DNA of 64,000 nt, taken from an uncultured Gemmatimonadaceae bacterium. Its GTDB lineage: Bacteria; Gemmatimonadota; Gemmatimonadetes; Gemmatimonadales; Gemmatimonadaceae. Below, piece after piece: positions 40,533 to 50,050 of this stretch; within the stretch, counting starts at the first letter, position 1, and every line of letters begins with the position of its first letter. The stretch covers positions 96,001-160,000 of the forward strand of contig CAWAGQ010000004.1 in NCBI GenBank assembly GCA_963781585.1, written 5' to 3'. Made by a program: the position numbers and the translations under genes. Below the pieces are notes generated by a model that saw only the letters and a list, made by a program, of their open reading frames with translations, made no database searches and was not told where the DNA came from.

Positions 40533-41183
40533 ATGCTCGGGTGTCTTCGACGCGTCGGCTGTCTGATCCTGCTGTTCATCGGCATCGCTGTCGCCCTGTG
40601 GCTGACCCGCGACCGGTGGCGGTCGCGCATCTTCGGCGAACGCGCGGCCCCGGCAGTGCAGTGGCACGCGGTCACCGACTCGGGTGCAGACCGCGCGCGG
40701 CAGGCGGTGAGTTCGCTGGGAGGAAAGGCAGGGCCGGTGTTCTCCAATCTCACTCCGGAGGAGCTTGGCGCCCTCCTCCTCGCCCAGTCCGGTTCGCGGA
40801 TCCGGTCGGCGATCAGCGATCCCGAGGTGGCGATCGACGGCAACGAGATCCTCCTGCGGGCGAACGTGCAGCTCGACGACATCGGCGACATCGGGGACCT
40901 TGGGCCGCTTGCGGGGATGCTCAAGCGGCGCGAGACCTTCGAAGCGCGAGGCACCCTCGACATCGTTCATCCGGGGCTCGCCGAGTACCGCGTGGAGTCG
41001 GCCAGGATGGGAGAGCTGGCGATTCCGCGCGCCGCCATCCCCAGGTTGGTGGCGCACGTGTGGCGCGGTGCGGAACGCCCCGAGGGAGCATCTGACAACG
41101 GGATCCCGTTCCCCGTTCCGAACTATATCGGTGACGTGAGGGTGGCACGCGGCCGTGTCACCCTGTACAAGAACGTCCAATGA
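40533..41183 (+). CDS. Hypothetical membrane-anchored protein
   Basis: N-terminal GCL..GCL TM segment; stop overlaps the next ATG. Confidence 0.7.
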   Translation: MLGCLRRVGCLILLFIGIAVALWLTRDRWRSRIFGERAAPAVQWHAVTDSGADRARQAVSSLGGKAGPVFSNLTPEELGALLLAQSGSRIRSAISDPEVAIDGNEILLRANVQLDDIGDIGDLGPLAGMLKRRETFEARGTLDIVHPGLAEYRVESARMGELAIPRAAIPRLVAHVWRGAERPEGASDNGIPFPVPNYIGDVRVARGRVTLYKNVQ

Positions 41184-42544
41184 GCCATCGCATTCTGATC
41201 GTCGACGACGAACAGGGGGTGCGCGCGGCCCTGGGGCAGCTGCTGGAATACGAGGGATATGAGGTGCGCGCCGAATCGAGCGGCGTCCAGGGGCTCGCCC
41301 TCTACGAGAAGTGGCGACCGCAACTTGTCTTTCTCGATGTGAAGATGGCCGGGATGGATGGGCTGGAGGTGCTGCGGCGGATCAAGCAACTGGACCCGGC
41401 CGCCAGCGTGGTCATGATCAGCGGGCACGCGACCATCCAGACGGCGGTCGAAGCCACCCAGCTCGGTGCGTACGACATCCTCGAAAAGCCGCTCGACACC
41501 GACCGGATTCTCGTCCTGCTCCGCAACGCGCTCCAGCACCTCACGCTGCAGGAGGAGAACACCCGGCTGCGTGAGTCGATCGAGTCGCGGTACGAGATCG
41601 TCGGCAAGTCGTACGCGATCCGCGCGCTCACCGGCCAGCTGGAGAAGATCGCCGTGACGCCGGCACGGGTGCTCATCAGCGGAGAGAACGGGACCGGAAA
41701 GGAGCTGGTGGCGCGCGCCATCCACCGGCTGTCTTCGCGCGCAGCGAAGCCATTCGTGGAGGTGAATTGCGCCGCTATTCCGTCGGAGCTGATCGAGAGC
41801 GAGCTGTTCGGCCACGTTAAGGGATCGTTCACCGGCGCGGTGAACGATCGTGCGGGCAAGTTCGAGCAGGCGGACAAGGGGACCCTCTTCCTGGACGAGG
41901 TAGGCGATATGAGCCTGGCCGCACAGGCGAAGGTCCTGCGGGTCCTTCAGGACGGCGAGGTGACGCGCATCGGCGGCAGCCGACGGGTCCGGGTGGATGT
42001 TCGTGTGATCTCGGCCACGAACAAGAATCTCGAGGAGGAAATCGCCGCCGGCCGTTTCCGGGAGGACCTGTACTACCGGTTGAACGTCGTCCCGCTGCAC
42101 GTCCCGCCACTGCGTGACCGTCGAGAGGACATCCCCCTTTTGGCGCAGTATTTCGTGAACCAGCTCGGTCGCGCGGAAGGCGCGGCCGCGCGGACCCTGG
42201 ACTCGGGCGCAGTGGAGGCGCTTTCGTCGCTCGACTGGGCCGGCAACGTCCGCGAGCTGCGCAACACGATCGAGCGTCTGCTGATACTGGGGTCGGGGAC
42301 CCGGATCACGGCGTCCGACGTCGCGCGACTGACCGGGCCGCGCACGCCCGATGCGTCGGGGTTGGGGTCGCTGCTGGAGTGTCGCACCTACGACGACTTC
42401 AAGCACGCCGCAGAGCGAGCGTTCCTCCTGCACAAACTGCGCGAGTTCGACTGGAACGTGAGCGAGACGGCACGCGTGCTCGAGATGCCGCGATCCAACC
42501 TCTACAAGAAGATCGAACGCTACGGACTAACGAGGGAATCGTGA
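41180..42544 (+). CDS. Sigma-54-interacting response regulator (NtrX/NtrC family)
   Basis: Receiver (IVDD, LDVKM), [33 protein letters not shown], Fis-type HTH. Confidence 0.93.
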   Translation: MSHRILIVDDEQGVRAALGQLLEYEGYEVRAESSGVQGLALYEKWRPQLVFLDVKMAGMDGLEVLRRIKQLDPAASVVMISGHATIQTAVEATQLGAYDILEKPLDTDRILVLLRNALQHLTLQEENTRLRESIESRYEIVGKSYAIRALTGQLEKIAVTPARVLISGENGTGKELVARAIHRLSSRAAKPFVEVNCAAIPSELIESELFGHVKGSFTGAVNDRAGKFEQADKGTLFLDEVGDMSLAAQAKVLRVLQDGEVTRIGGSRRVRVDVRVISATNKNLEEEIAAGRFREDLYYRLNVVPLHVPPLRDRREDIPLLAQYFVNQLGRAEGAAARTLDSGAVEALSSLDWAGNVRELRNTIERLLILGSGTRITASDVARLTGPRTPDASGLGSLLECRTYDDFKHAAERAFLLHKLREFDWNVSETARVLEMPRSNLYKKIERYGLTRES

Positions 42545-42984
42545 CCACCCGCAACTGGGACGCCGAACTGAAGAAGATCGACCGGCAACTGGAGCAGACG
42601 TCCGACGAGGCGCTCCTGCCTGCGAAGACGGCGCCCACGCCGGCGGCTCGCGCCGAAGCAGTGGAGAAGCAGCGGACTACATCCACGCTCGGAGTGATGG
42701 CTCGGCTCGTGCTTTCCGTGGCGCTCGGCGTGGGGATGGTGTTCTGGCCGTATTCGGCGCGCTGTGGTACGGGGCTGTTCGCCTATCTCGGAGCGGTTGC
42801 TGTCGTTGTCACCGGCGGGATCTGGTCATCCATCTGGACATGGCGTCACCGTGCGGTCAAGGCGCACATTCTGTCGTTGCTGCTCGTTCTCTGGGGCGGA
42901 TTGCTCGCGGCCCAGGAGATTCTGCCACGTGTGGGCTACGCGACGCCGTCGCCGACCCATCCCGCCGAGTGGATGTGCGGGTGA
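42541..42984 (+). CDS. Hypothetical membrane protein
   Basis: GTG overlaps the upstream stop; WDAELKKID N-terminus; three TM segments. Confidence 0.72.
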   Translation: MTTRNWDAELKKIDRQLEQTSDEALLPAKTAPTPAARAEAVEKQRTTSTLGVMARLVLSVALGVGMVFWPYSARCGTGLFAYLGAVAVVVTGGIWSSIWTWRHRAVKAHILSLLLVLWGGLLAAQEILPRVGYATPSPTHPAEWMCG

Positions 42985-42987
42985 GAG

Positions 42988-43077
42988 AGGCCATAGACGG
43001 CAGGCCATAGGTCAAAGGTCAAGGGTCAAAGGCCACAGGTCAAAGCCACAGGTCGCACGCCAGCTGCCACAGGCGAA
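42988..43077 (+). repeat. Degenerate 7-bp tandem repeat array (AGGYCAN)
   Basis: aggccat agacggc aggccat aggtcaa aggtcaa gggtcaa aggccac aggtcaa agccac aggtcgc..., directly after the stop codon. Confidence 0.75.
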
Positions 43078-43203
43078 CGTTCACACGTCAACAGCAACCG
43101 CACAGCCCAAGGGTCACATCAGGTAAGTTTCCGGTCAGACGTCGGCACGATCTCGCGGGCGCCGCTGGTCGCTGAGCCCCGCGCGCTGCTGGCCGATTGC
43201 CGC

Positions 43204-43245
43204 CCGCTTATCGCTGACAGCTGACCGCTGAGAACTGACAACTGC
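43204..43245 (+). repeat. Degenerate 7-bp tandem repeat array (NNRCTGA)
   Basis: ccgctta tcgctga cagctga ccgctga gaactga caactgc, just upstream of ATG 43255. Confidence 0.7.
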
Positions 43246-43254
43246 CCTTATCCG

Positions 43255-44751
43255 ATGCCCCCCAGCTTCAAGAACTTCATTGGCGGCCGGTGGGTCGAGC
43301 CCTCGACCGCCGAGTATTTCGACAACGTCAATCCGGCCGACACGTCCGACGTTGTCGGGCGCTTCCCGCTTTCCGGGCCCGACGATGTGAATCGCGCTGT
43401 CGCGTCTGCAATGCGTGGTTTCGACATCTGGCGCCGAACCCCTGCGCCCTTACGCGGTGAGGTGCTGCGCCGAGTCGGCGACCTTCTCGCGAGCCGGAAG
43501 GAAGAAATCGCGGACCTGATGACGCGCGAGATGGGCAAGCCCCTCGCAGAAACGCGAGGGGACGTGCAGGAAGGGATTGATACCGCGTACTACGCGTCGT
43601 CGGAGGGGCGACGCCTCTTCGGGCATACGGTGCCCAGCGAGCTGCGCAACAAGTGGGCGATGAGCTATCGCCGTCCCATCGGGGTGTGCGGCATCATCAC
43701 GCCGTTCAACTTTCCCATGGCGATTCCCACGTGGAAGATGTTCCCGGCGCTGCTGTGCGGAAACGCCTGCGTGTTCAAGCCTGCCGGAGACGTGCCGCAT
43801 ACTGGGACCGTGCTGGTGCAGATTCTCCTCGATGCGGGGCTCCCGCCTGAGGTCATCCAGCTCGTGCACGGATCGGGTGCCAACGCCGGGGCGGCGATCA
43901 TCGGGCACCCGGACGTGCCCGTGGTGTCCTTCACCGGCTCCACTGAGACTGGCAGCGCGGTCGGCGAAACCTGTGGCCGGCTTCACAAGCGTCTGTCTCT
44001 GGAGATGGGAGGGAAGAACGCGGAGATCGTGCTGGACGACGCCGACCTGGGACTCGCGCTGGAGGGGGTCCTGTGGGGCGCGTTCGGCACCACGGGCCAA
44101 CGCTGCACCGCCACGTCGCGGCTCATTCTGCAGGCGGGGATCCACGACCAATTCGTGGAAATGCTCGTTGACCGCGCCGGCCGGCTCCGGCTTGGAGATG
44201 GCCGTGCGGCCGGAACGGACGTTGGGCCGCTCATCCACGAAGACGCGGTGGCGAAGGTCGAAAGCTATGTCGCCATCGGGCGCGGCGAGGGCGCGACGCT
44301 CAAACTGGGCGGCGAGCGGGCAACGGACCCGGAACTCCGGCGTGGTCACTTCTTCCAGCCGACGATCTTTACCGACGTGCGTCCCGGGAGCCGTCTGGAA
44401 CAGGAGGAGATCTTCGGGCCGGTATTGTCCGTCATCAAGGTGGACTCGGTCGACAGCGCGTTCGCCGTCAACAACGACGTGCGGTATGGCCTCTCGTCCT
44501 CGGTGTACACGAGCAACGTGGACGCGGCCTTTCGGGCGTTGCAGGAGCTCGACAACGGCATCACATATGTGAACGCGCCGACGATAGGAGCCGAGGCCCA
44601 TCTTCCGTTCGGGGGCGTGAAGCAGACCGGAAACGGTCACCGGGAGGGGGGATGGGAAGTGTACGAGTTCTATTCGGAGACGAAGGTGGGCTACGTGGAC
44701 TTCTCCGGGGCGCTTCAGCGCGCGCAGATCGACACCTATGGTACGGAATGA
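43255..44751 (+). CDS. Aldehyde dehydrogenase family protein
   Basis: ITPFNFP, FTGSTETG, LEMGGKNA, GQRCTATS, EEIFGPV, PFGGVKQTG. Confidence 0.92.
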   Translation: MPPSFKNFIGGRWVEPSTAEYFDNVNPADTSDVVGRFPLSGPDDVNRAVASAMRGFDIWRRTPAPLRGEVLRRVGDLLASRKEEIADLMTREMGKPLAETRGDVQEGIDTAYYASSEGRRLFGHTVPSELRNKWAMSYRRPIGVCGIITPFNFPMAIPTWKMFPALLCGNACVFKPAGDVPHTGTVLVQILLDAGLPPEVIQLVHGSGANAGAAIIGHPDVPVVSFTGSTETGSAVGETCGRLHKRLSLEMGGKNAEIVLDDADLGLALEGVLWGAFGTTGQRCTATSRLILQAGIHDQFVEMLVDRAGRLRLGDGRAAGTDVGPLIHEDAVAKVESYVAIGRGEGATLKLGGERATDPELRRGHFFQPTIFTDVRPGSRLEQEEIFGPVLSVIKVDSVDSAFAVNNDVRYGLSSSVYTSNVDAAFRALQELDNGITYVNAPTIGAEAHLPFGGVKQTGNGHREGGWEVYEFYSETKVGYVDFSGALQRAQIDTYGTE

Positions 44752-45073
44752 CGGTGTGGCGGAACGCGCAGGGTGTTCGTCAGGCTTCGATGGGGCTGGT
44801 GTGACGTGTCGGCGACACCAGCGCCATCTGGAGCAGCCCACGGCGCACCGGCGGCCGGGCACCGGGCCGGCGGTATGAGGTTTGCGATTTGTGGTGGACG
44901 CCCTGAGTGGGCGATCGACAGGGCCGATGCGCGGCGGAATATCGCGTGCGATGCTGAACGGCCGGCGGGTCGCGTCGTGCGTGATCGCACACGCGCGACG
45001 ACTTGACACGCTGTGCGATGTCCCGCATTCACTTGCGGGAGATGGAGGCAGCGAATTAATTGACCGCGTACCT

Positions 45074-45460
45074 ATGAAGTTGTCGCAGGGTGAGCGAGAT
45101 GCGCTGGTTTTGCGTGTCGAGGAGCGTCTTGGCGGGCGGGGCGTGGATCGCGCCGACGTTCGGTGGGCGGTGGATCGTGTGCTCGCGCGTCTCGGTCTGC
45201 CTGACGAGTCACCCGCGAGTCCGTCGGAAGTTTTCGCCTTGAGTGCGGCCTCCATGCCAGATCTTTCATCACGCGTCCGTGAGCAGTTGACCCGCATGGG
45301 TGTGGCGCACTGCGAGAACGGCACGGCAACCGCCGGTCGGTTTACGGTCGTGACGTTGCGCGGGCACGACCTGGCGCGATCGCGGATCGATGACCTGGCG
45401 CAGGCCGTCGGCGCGCAGGTACAGGTAATCGATTCCGCCGAAGCGGGGAGCGCCGCATGA
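45074..45460 (+). CDS. Hypothetical protein, possible C-terminal ACT-like domain
   Basis: Stop overlaps the lepB start (ATGA); C-terminal half has a beta-alpha-beta-beta-alpha-beta pattern. Confidence 0.55.
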   Translation: MKLSQGERDALVLRVEERLGGRGVDRADVRWAVDRVLARLGLPDESPASPSEVFALSAASMPDLSSRVREQLTRMGVAHCENGTATAGRFTVVTLRGHDLARSRIDDLAQAVGAQVQVIDSAEAGSAA

Positions 45461-46236
45461 GCGACTCCATCTCCGTGCGGGTGCCCACACCGACCATTTC
45501 GGAAAACGAACGTGCCCATGCACTGCGGCAGGTGAATCGACAGCGCGGTCGGGCCCTGCGGCTGGCGGTGGAGTGGGCGCGGTCGTTCCTGGTCGCGATC
45601 GTGGTCTTCCTCCTGGTCCGCGCGTTTCTCGTCGAGGCGTTCAAGATCCCGAGCGGCAGCATGGAAGGGACGCTGCTGGTGGGCGACTTCCTGCTCGTGA
45701 ACAAACTCGTCTACGGAGCCGAAGTCCCGTTCACGCACGTGCGGTTGCCGGCGGTTCGAACCCCGCACCGCGGCGACGTGGTGGTCTTTCAGTGGCCGGA
45801 AGATCCCAGCAAGAACTTCGTGAAGCGGCTCGTCGGCCTGCCGGGCGATACCCTCGCGATGCGCGACGGCAAGCTCATTCGCAACAGCGTCCCGTTGCGG
45901 GAAGCGTATGTGCGGCACACCGAGCCAGGCGTGGACCCGAGCGGCGAGGACTTCCGTTGGCAGCGAGACCATCTCGTCCGCACCGCCGAAGCCTCAGAGA
46001 GCTATCACCCGTCCCGGGACAATTGGGGTCCGATCGTCGTGCCACCCCAGGAATATTTCATGCTGGGTGACAATCGCGACAACTCGCTCGACAGCCGGTA
46101 CTGGGGATTCGTACCCGACAGCCTGATTCGCGGAGAACCTCTGATCATCTACTACAGTTACCAGCCCGATGCGGGGACGAGCGCCGCCTGGCTCACCCGC
46201 ATCCGCTGGCATAGGCTGGGCGCTCGGGTTCGCTGA
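45457..46236 (+). CDS. lepB: Signal peptidase I
   Basis: IPSGSMEGTLLVGD (Ser), FVKRLVGLPGD (Lys), MLGDNRDNSLDSRYWG. Confidence 0.95.
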   Translation: MSDSISVRVPTPTISENERAHALRQVNRQRGRALRLAVEWARSFLVAIVVFLLVRAFLVEAFKIPSGSMEGTLLVGDFLLVNKLVYGAEVPFTHVRLPAVRTPHRGDVVVFQWPEDPSKNFVKRLVGLPGDTLAMRDGKLIRNSVPLREAYVRHTEPGVDPSGEDFRWQRDHLVRTAEASESYHPSRDNWGPIVVPPQEYFMLGDNRDNSLDSRYWGFVPDSLIRGEPLIIYYSYQPDAGTSAAWLTRIRWHRLGARVR

Positions 46237-46308
46237 CCATACAATGCCCGGTTCGTCGTTGACATCCGGCGTGCGCACGGGCGCACCGCGATAGGCGGGA
46301 GAACTTCA

Positions 46309-47172
46309 GTGGGAGTAGGGCGCGTCGTCACCAAGAAGTCCTCGTTCGACGAGGGCTCGCTCGACCAGTACCTCCGTGACATCAGCGCGTATCCGCTCAT
46401 CTCGCGCGAGGAGGAGGTCGAGCTCGCCCGACGCATCCGCGGCCAGGACCAGGAGGCGCTCGACAAGCTGGTGCGCAGCAACCTCCGGTTCGTGGTGTCG
46501 GTCGCCAAGAAGTATCAGAACCAGGGCGTCTCTCTTTCGGACCTGATCAACGAAGGCAACCTGGGTCTCATCCGGGCCGCGCACAAATTCGACGAGACCA
46601 AGGGGATCAAGTTCATCTCCTACGCCGTCTGGTGGATCCGCCAGGCGATCCTCCAGGCCCTCGCCGAGCAGTCACGGATCGTGCGGGTCCCGCTCAATCG
46701 GGCCGGGACCCTTCATCGCATTGGCAAACGCGCGAACACGTTGCTCCAGGAGCTGGGTCGCGAGGCGACCCACGCCGAGATCGCCGATGGTATGGACATC
46801 TCGGAGGAAGAGGTCGCCAAGACGATGTCGATCTCTCAGACCCATCTGTCGCTCGACGCACCGCTTACGCCCGGCGAAGACAACAAGCTCCTGGACTATC
46901 TGCCCGACAACCTGAATCCCACGCCGGACGAGCAGACATTCGAGAAGGCGCTCACCGAGTCGATCGAGGAAGCGCTGGGCAGTCTCAAGGAGCGTGAAGC
47001 AAAGATCCTCCGACTCTATTTCGGGCTTGACGGCAGCGAGCCCATGACCCTCGAGGAGATCGGATCCCTCCTGGGCATCACGCGAGAGCGGGTGCGCCAG
47101 ATCAAGGAGAAGGCGCTGTCCCGTCTACGGCACGTCTCGCGCGCCCGCGCTCTGGAGTCGTTTCTGGGATAG
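46309..47172 (+). CDS. RpoD/SigA-family sigma-70 factor lacking region 1.1
   Basis: LDQYLRDI, NLRFVVSVAKKY, DLINEGNLGL, KFISYAVWWIRQ, TLEEIG..TRERVRQI. Confidence 0.93.
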   Translation: MGVGRVVTKKSSFDEGSLDQYLRDISAYPLISREEEVELARRIRGQDQEALDKLVRSNLRFVVSVAKKYQNQGVSLSDLINEGNLGLIRAAHKFDETKGIKFISYAVWWIRQAILQALAEQSRIVRVPLNRAGTLHRIGKRANTLLQELGREATHAEIADGMDISEEEVAKTMSISQTHLSLDAPLTPGEDNKLLDYLPDNLNPTPDEQTFEKALTESIEEALGSLKEREAKILRLYFGLDGSEPMTLEEIGSLLGITRERVRQIKEKALSRLRHVSRARALESFLG

Positions 47173-47177
47173 CGAGC

Positions 47178-47265
47178 GGTCCGAATCGCCCGTCGCGCGT
47201 CCAAGGGGTGGTCCGGTTGGCCCGTCGGGCGCCCAAGGGGGGCCGGATCGCCCGTCGCAGGCGCC
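47178..47265 (+). repeat. Three imperfect direct repeats (30-32 bp period, core GCCCGTCG)
   Basis: ggtccgaatcGCCCGTCGcgcgtccaagggg / ggtccggttgGCCCGTCGggcgcccaagggg / gggccggatcGCCCGTCGcaggcgcc. Confidence 0.7.
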
Positions 47266-47320
47266 AGCGGTTTCGCCGCCCCCGCCGGTGCCAATCCGGG
47301 GCAACGCTAGATTCCCTCCC

Positions 47321-48703
47321 ATGAAGTTCTCCATTCTCACGCTCGGTTGCGACAAGAACACCGTCGACACCGAGCGGTATCGGGCCGAACTGGTGGCGCT
47401 CGGCGCCGAACTCGCTCCCGAGGCCGGCGACGCCGATGTCGTCCTGGTCAATACCTGCGGGTTCATCGATGCCGCGAAGAAGGAGTCGATCGATACCCTG
47501 CTCGAGGCCGCACAGCTCAAGGAATCGGGACGCTGTCGCTTCGTCGCCGCCATCGGCTGCATGGTGGAGCGGCACGAGCGTGAATTGCGCGACGCGCTCC
47601 CCGAAGTGGATCTCTTCCTCGGCACGTCCACCGTCGACCGGCTGGCGCCGGAACTCGCCAGCCGAGGGTTCCTGTCCGAGTCCCCCCTGCTGCGCCATCC
47701 GGGGATGCGTCTCTACTCGGGTGACCTGCCCCACGTGCGCTATCTCAAGATCAGCGAAGGCTGCGATCATGGGTGCGCCTTCTGCGCCATTCCGCTGATG
47801 CGGGGGCGTCACCGGTCTTTCGACCCTGGTGACGTGGTGCGCGAGGCACAGCTGCTCGAAGCGCAGGGGGCGCGCGAGGTCAACCTCGTCGCGCAGGACT
47901 TGGCGCACTATGGGCGGGATGCGCGCACTGGTGCCGGGCTGCCGGAACTGCTCGAGGCCCTGCTCGAGAACACCACCATCCCGTGGTTCCGACTGCTTTA
48001 CATCTACAGCGCCGGGCTCTCGTCGCGGATGCTCGAACTCATGGCTCGGGAATCCCGCATCGTGCGATATCTCGACATCCCCATGCAGCATGCTGCCGAC
48101 AGCGTGCTGCAACGGATGCGGCGACCCGAGCGCAAAGCCGCGCAGCGGAGGCGGCTGCGGGCGATTCGCGAAGCCATTCCCGACGTCGCAATCCGGACCA
48201 CCGTGATCGTGGGCTTCCCTGGCGAGACGACAGCCGAGTTCGAGGAGTTGCTCGAATTCCTGGAGGAGGCTCGCTTCGAGCGGGTGGGAGCGTTCACATA
48301 TTCCGCACAGGAAGGCACCAGGTCCGCCGCGATGGCCGATGACGTGCCGGATGAGATCAAGCGCGAACGCCACGAGCGCGTCGTTGAGCTGCAGCGGCTG
48401 ATCACCGGTGAGCGGTACGAGCGCCTGGTGGGGCGCCGTGTGCGCGCGGTGGTCGATCGGGCCGCCGACGAGGGGGCGCCCGCGCAGGCAAGAACGGATG
48501 CCCAGGCCGACGACATTGACGGCGTGACGTGGGTGGAGACAGACGCTCCCCCTGGCAGTCTGATCGAGGTGCGCCTCGATTCCGTGGTGGACGACTACGA
48601 CTTCTCGGCGACACAGATGCGGGAAGTGGAGCGCTTCAGCGCCGTCCGCCCCCGCCGGAGGGAGCTGCCGATGATGAGCAGCGCCGGCGCCTACGGTCGC
48701 TGA
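47321..48703 (+). CDS. rimO: Ribosomal protein S12 methylthiotransferase
   Basis: LGCDKNTVDTE, NTCGFID, radical SAM motif CDHGCAFC, IVGFPGET, TRAM domain. Confidence 0.93.
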   Translation: MKFSILTLGCDKNTVDTERYRAELVALGAELAPEAGDADVVLVNTCGFIDAAKKESIDTLLEAAQLKESGRCRFVAAIGCMVERHERELRDALPEVDLFLGTSTVDRLAPELASRGFLSESPLLRHPGMRLYSGDLPHVRYLKISEGCDHGCAFCAIPLMRGRHRSFDPGDVVREAQLLEAQGAREVNLVAQDLAHYGRDARTGAGLPELLEALLENTTIPWFRLLYIYSAGLSSRMLELMARESRIVRYLDIPMQHAADSVLQRMRRPERKAAQRRRLRAIREAIPDVAIRTTVIVGFPGETTAEFEELLEFLEEARFERVGAFTYSAQEGTRSAAMADDVPDEIKRERHERVVELQRLITGERYERLVGRRVRAVVDRAADEGAPAQARTDAQADDIDGVTWVETDAPPGSLIEVRLDSVVDDYDFSATQMREVERFSAVRPRRRELPMMSSAGAYGR

Positions 48704-48755
48704 TCGTGTTGATGGGGTGTGTGGCGCGTGATGACCGGCGAACGGCGGTGCGCCG

Positions 48756-50031
48756 GTGAACCTGTCGCGAACGTGGACGTGCCGGCCGCCCGGTGCCTGG
48801 ATGGCGGTGCTTGCGTTGGCAGGGGCTGTGCTCTCCGGCGGGATCATTCCGGCGCGCGGGGGACAGGCACCATCGTCGCGTCCGGTTCGGGTACTGCTTG
48901 CGGTGCAGCGCGACGAGGCGCCGGTGCATGCGTCGGTGTCGTGGCGGCTCGTCGACGGGAGTCGCCACGTGATCGCCCGCGCCGACCCGGGCGCTGAGTG
49001 GATGATGCAGCGCGAGGGGGGACGCGTGCGCGCCGTCGGTCCGTCGGGCGAGCACTCTGCCTGGTTCGAGGGGCCGGCGACCCTCGAGCTCTCCGATACA
49101 AGCGGGCTTCTGTTGTGGAACGCGCGCCACTTTCGCGGCGTGCTGGTCTACGTGCCGATCGACACTGCGCTGTTGGTCATCGACCGGCTCGGTGTGGAGG
49201 ACTATCTCCGTGGGGTCGTTCCGCTGGAGGCGGGAACCGGGCTCCCTGCCGAACACGCGGCCGTGGAAGCCCAGGCTGTGGCGGCGCGGAGCTTCACCTA
49301 TACCAGGATGCTGGCCGCCGGGGCGCGGCCGTACGATCTCACGGCGTCTTCGACCGACCAGGTGTTCGGGGGCGTGGACGTGGAGACGTTCATCGGCGAT
49401 CTGGCGGTGGACGCGACCGCCGGCTGGGTGCTGAGCTACGCCGGTCAGGTGGTCAACGCGCCGTATCACTCCACCTGTGGTGGGAACACGGCTGCGCCGG
49501 ACGAAGTGTGGAAGACGGCGAGCGTGCCGTATCTGCAGCCGGTGAGCGACCGCATTCCGGGCACCGATCGGTTCTACTGCGACATCGCGCCCCGATTTCA
49601 CTGGGAGCGAGCCCTGGGGGCCGACGAGCTGACGGCGGCAGTGGAGCGCTACGCGCGTGCGTACGCTCCAGTGCCTTCGGGGGGGGGTGGGTGGGGTGCG
49701 CGCGGTTGTGGTGGAGGGGACGACGCCGTCGGGGCGCGTGAGCGCGGTCTCGATCGTGGCGGACCGCGCGCGACTGCGGATCGCGGGCAACGACATGCGA
49801 TACGTACTGCGCGCAGTCGGTGGCGAGATCCTGCCCAGCACGTATTTTTCGCTGCACCCGGAGACCGCGGCCAACGGGCGGCTGGCGCGGCTGGTAATTC
49901 GTGGCCAGGGCAACGGACACGGTGTGGGGATGTGCCAGTGGGGCGCGATCGGGCGGGCGCGGGCTGGCCAGGACTTCCGGGCGATTCTTCGGGCATATTA
50001 TCCTGGCGCGCAGCTCATGCGCGCTCCCTGA
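48756..50031 (+). pseudogene. SpoIID/LytB-domain lytic transglycosylase, frameshifted at a G9 tract (49679-49687)
   Basis: First frame has EDYLRGVVPLE, AQAVAARS, DQVFGG and YHSTCGG. The C-terminal GNGHGVGMCQWGA..ILRAYYPG is in another frame. Removing one G joins the two. Confidence 0.8.
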
Positions 50032-50050
50032 TTCGTTAGGCACGCCGGGG

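Noticed and set aside
45003..45059. TTGACA plus a mini-ORF MEAAN* upstream of the 45074 gene
   Set aside because: No convincing -10 at the correct spacing, and a five-codon ORF cannot be distinguished from chance.
43450..45972. 840-aa minus-strand ORF and many other long antisense or alternate-frame ORFs (e.g. 18609-20177, 47102-48847, 57084-58883, 62283-63704)
   Set aside because: Shadow ORFs of well-supported genes in high-GC DNA. They are Arg/Pro/Ala-rich and lack family motifs.
47178..47265. Possible mini-CRISPR array
   Set aside because: The repeats are adjacent, with no unique spacers, and are degenerate. No cas genes are present.
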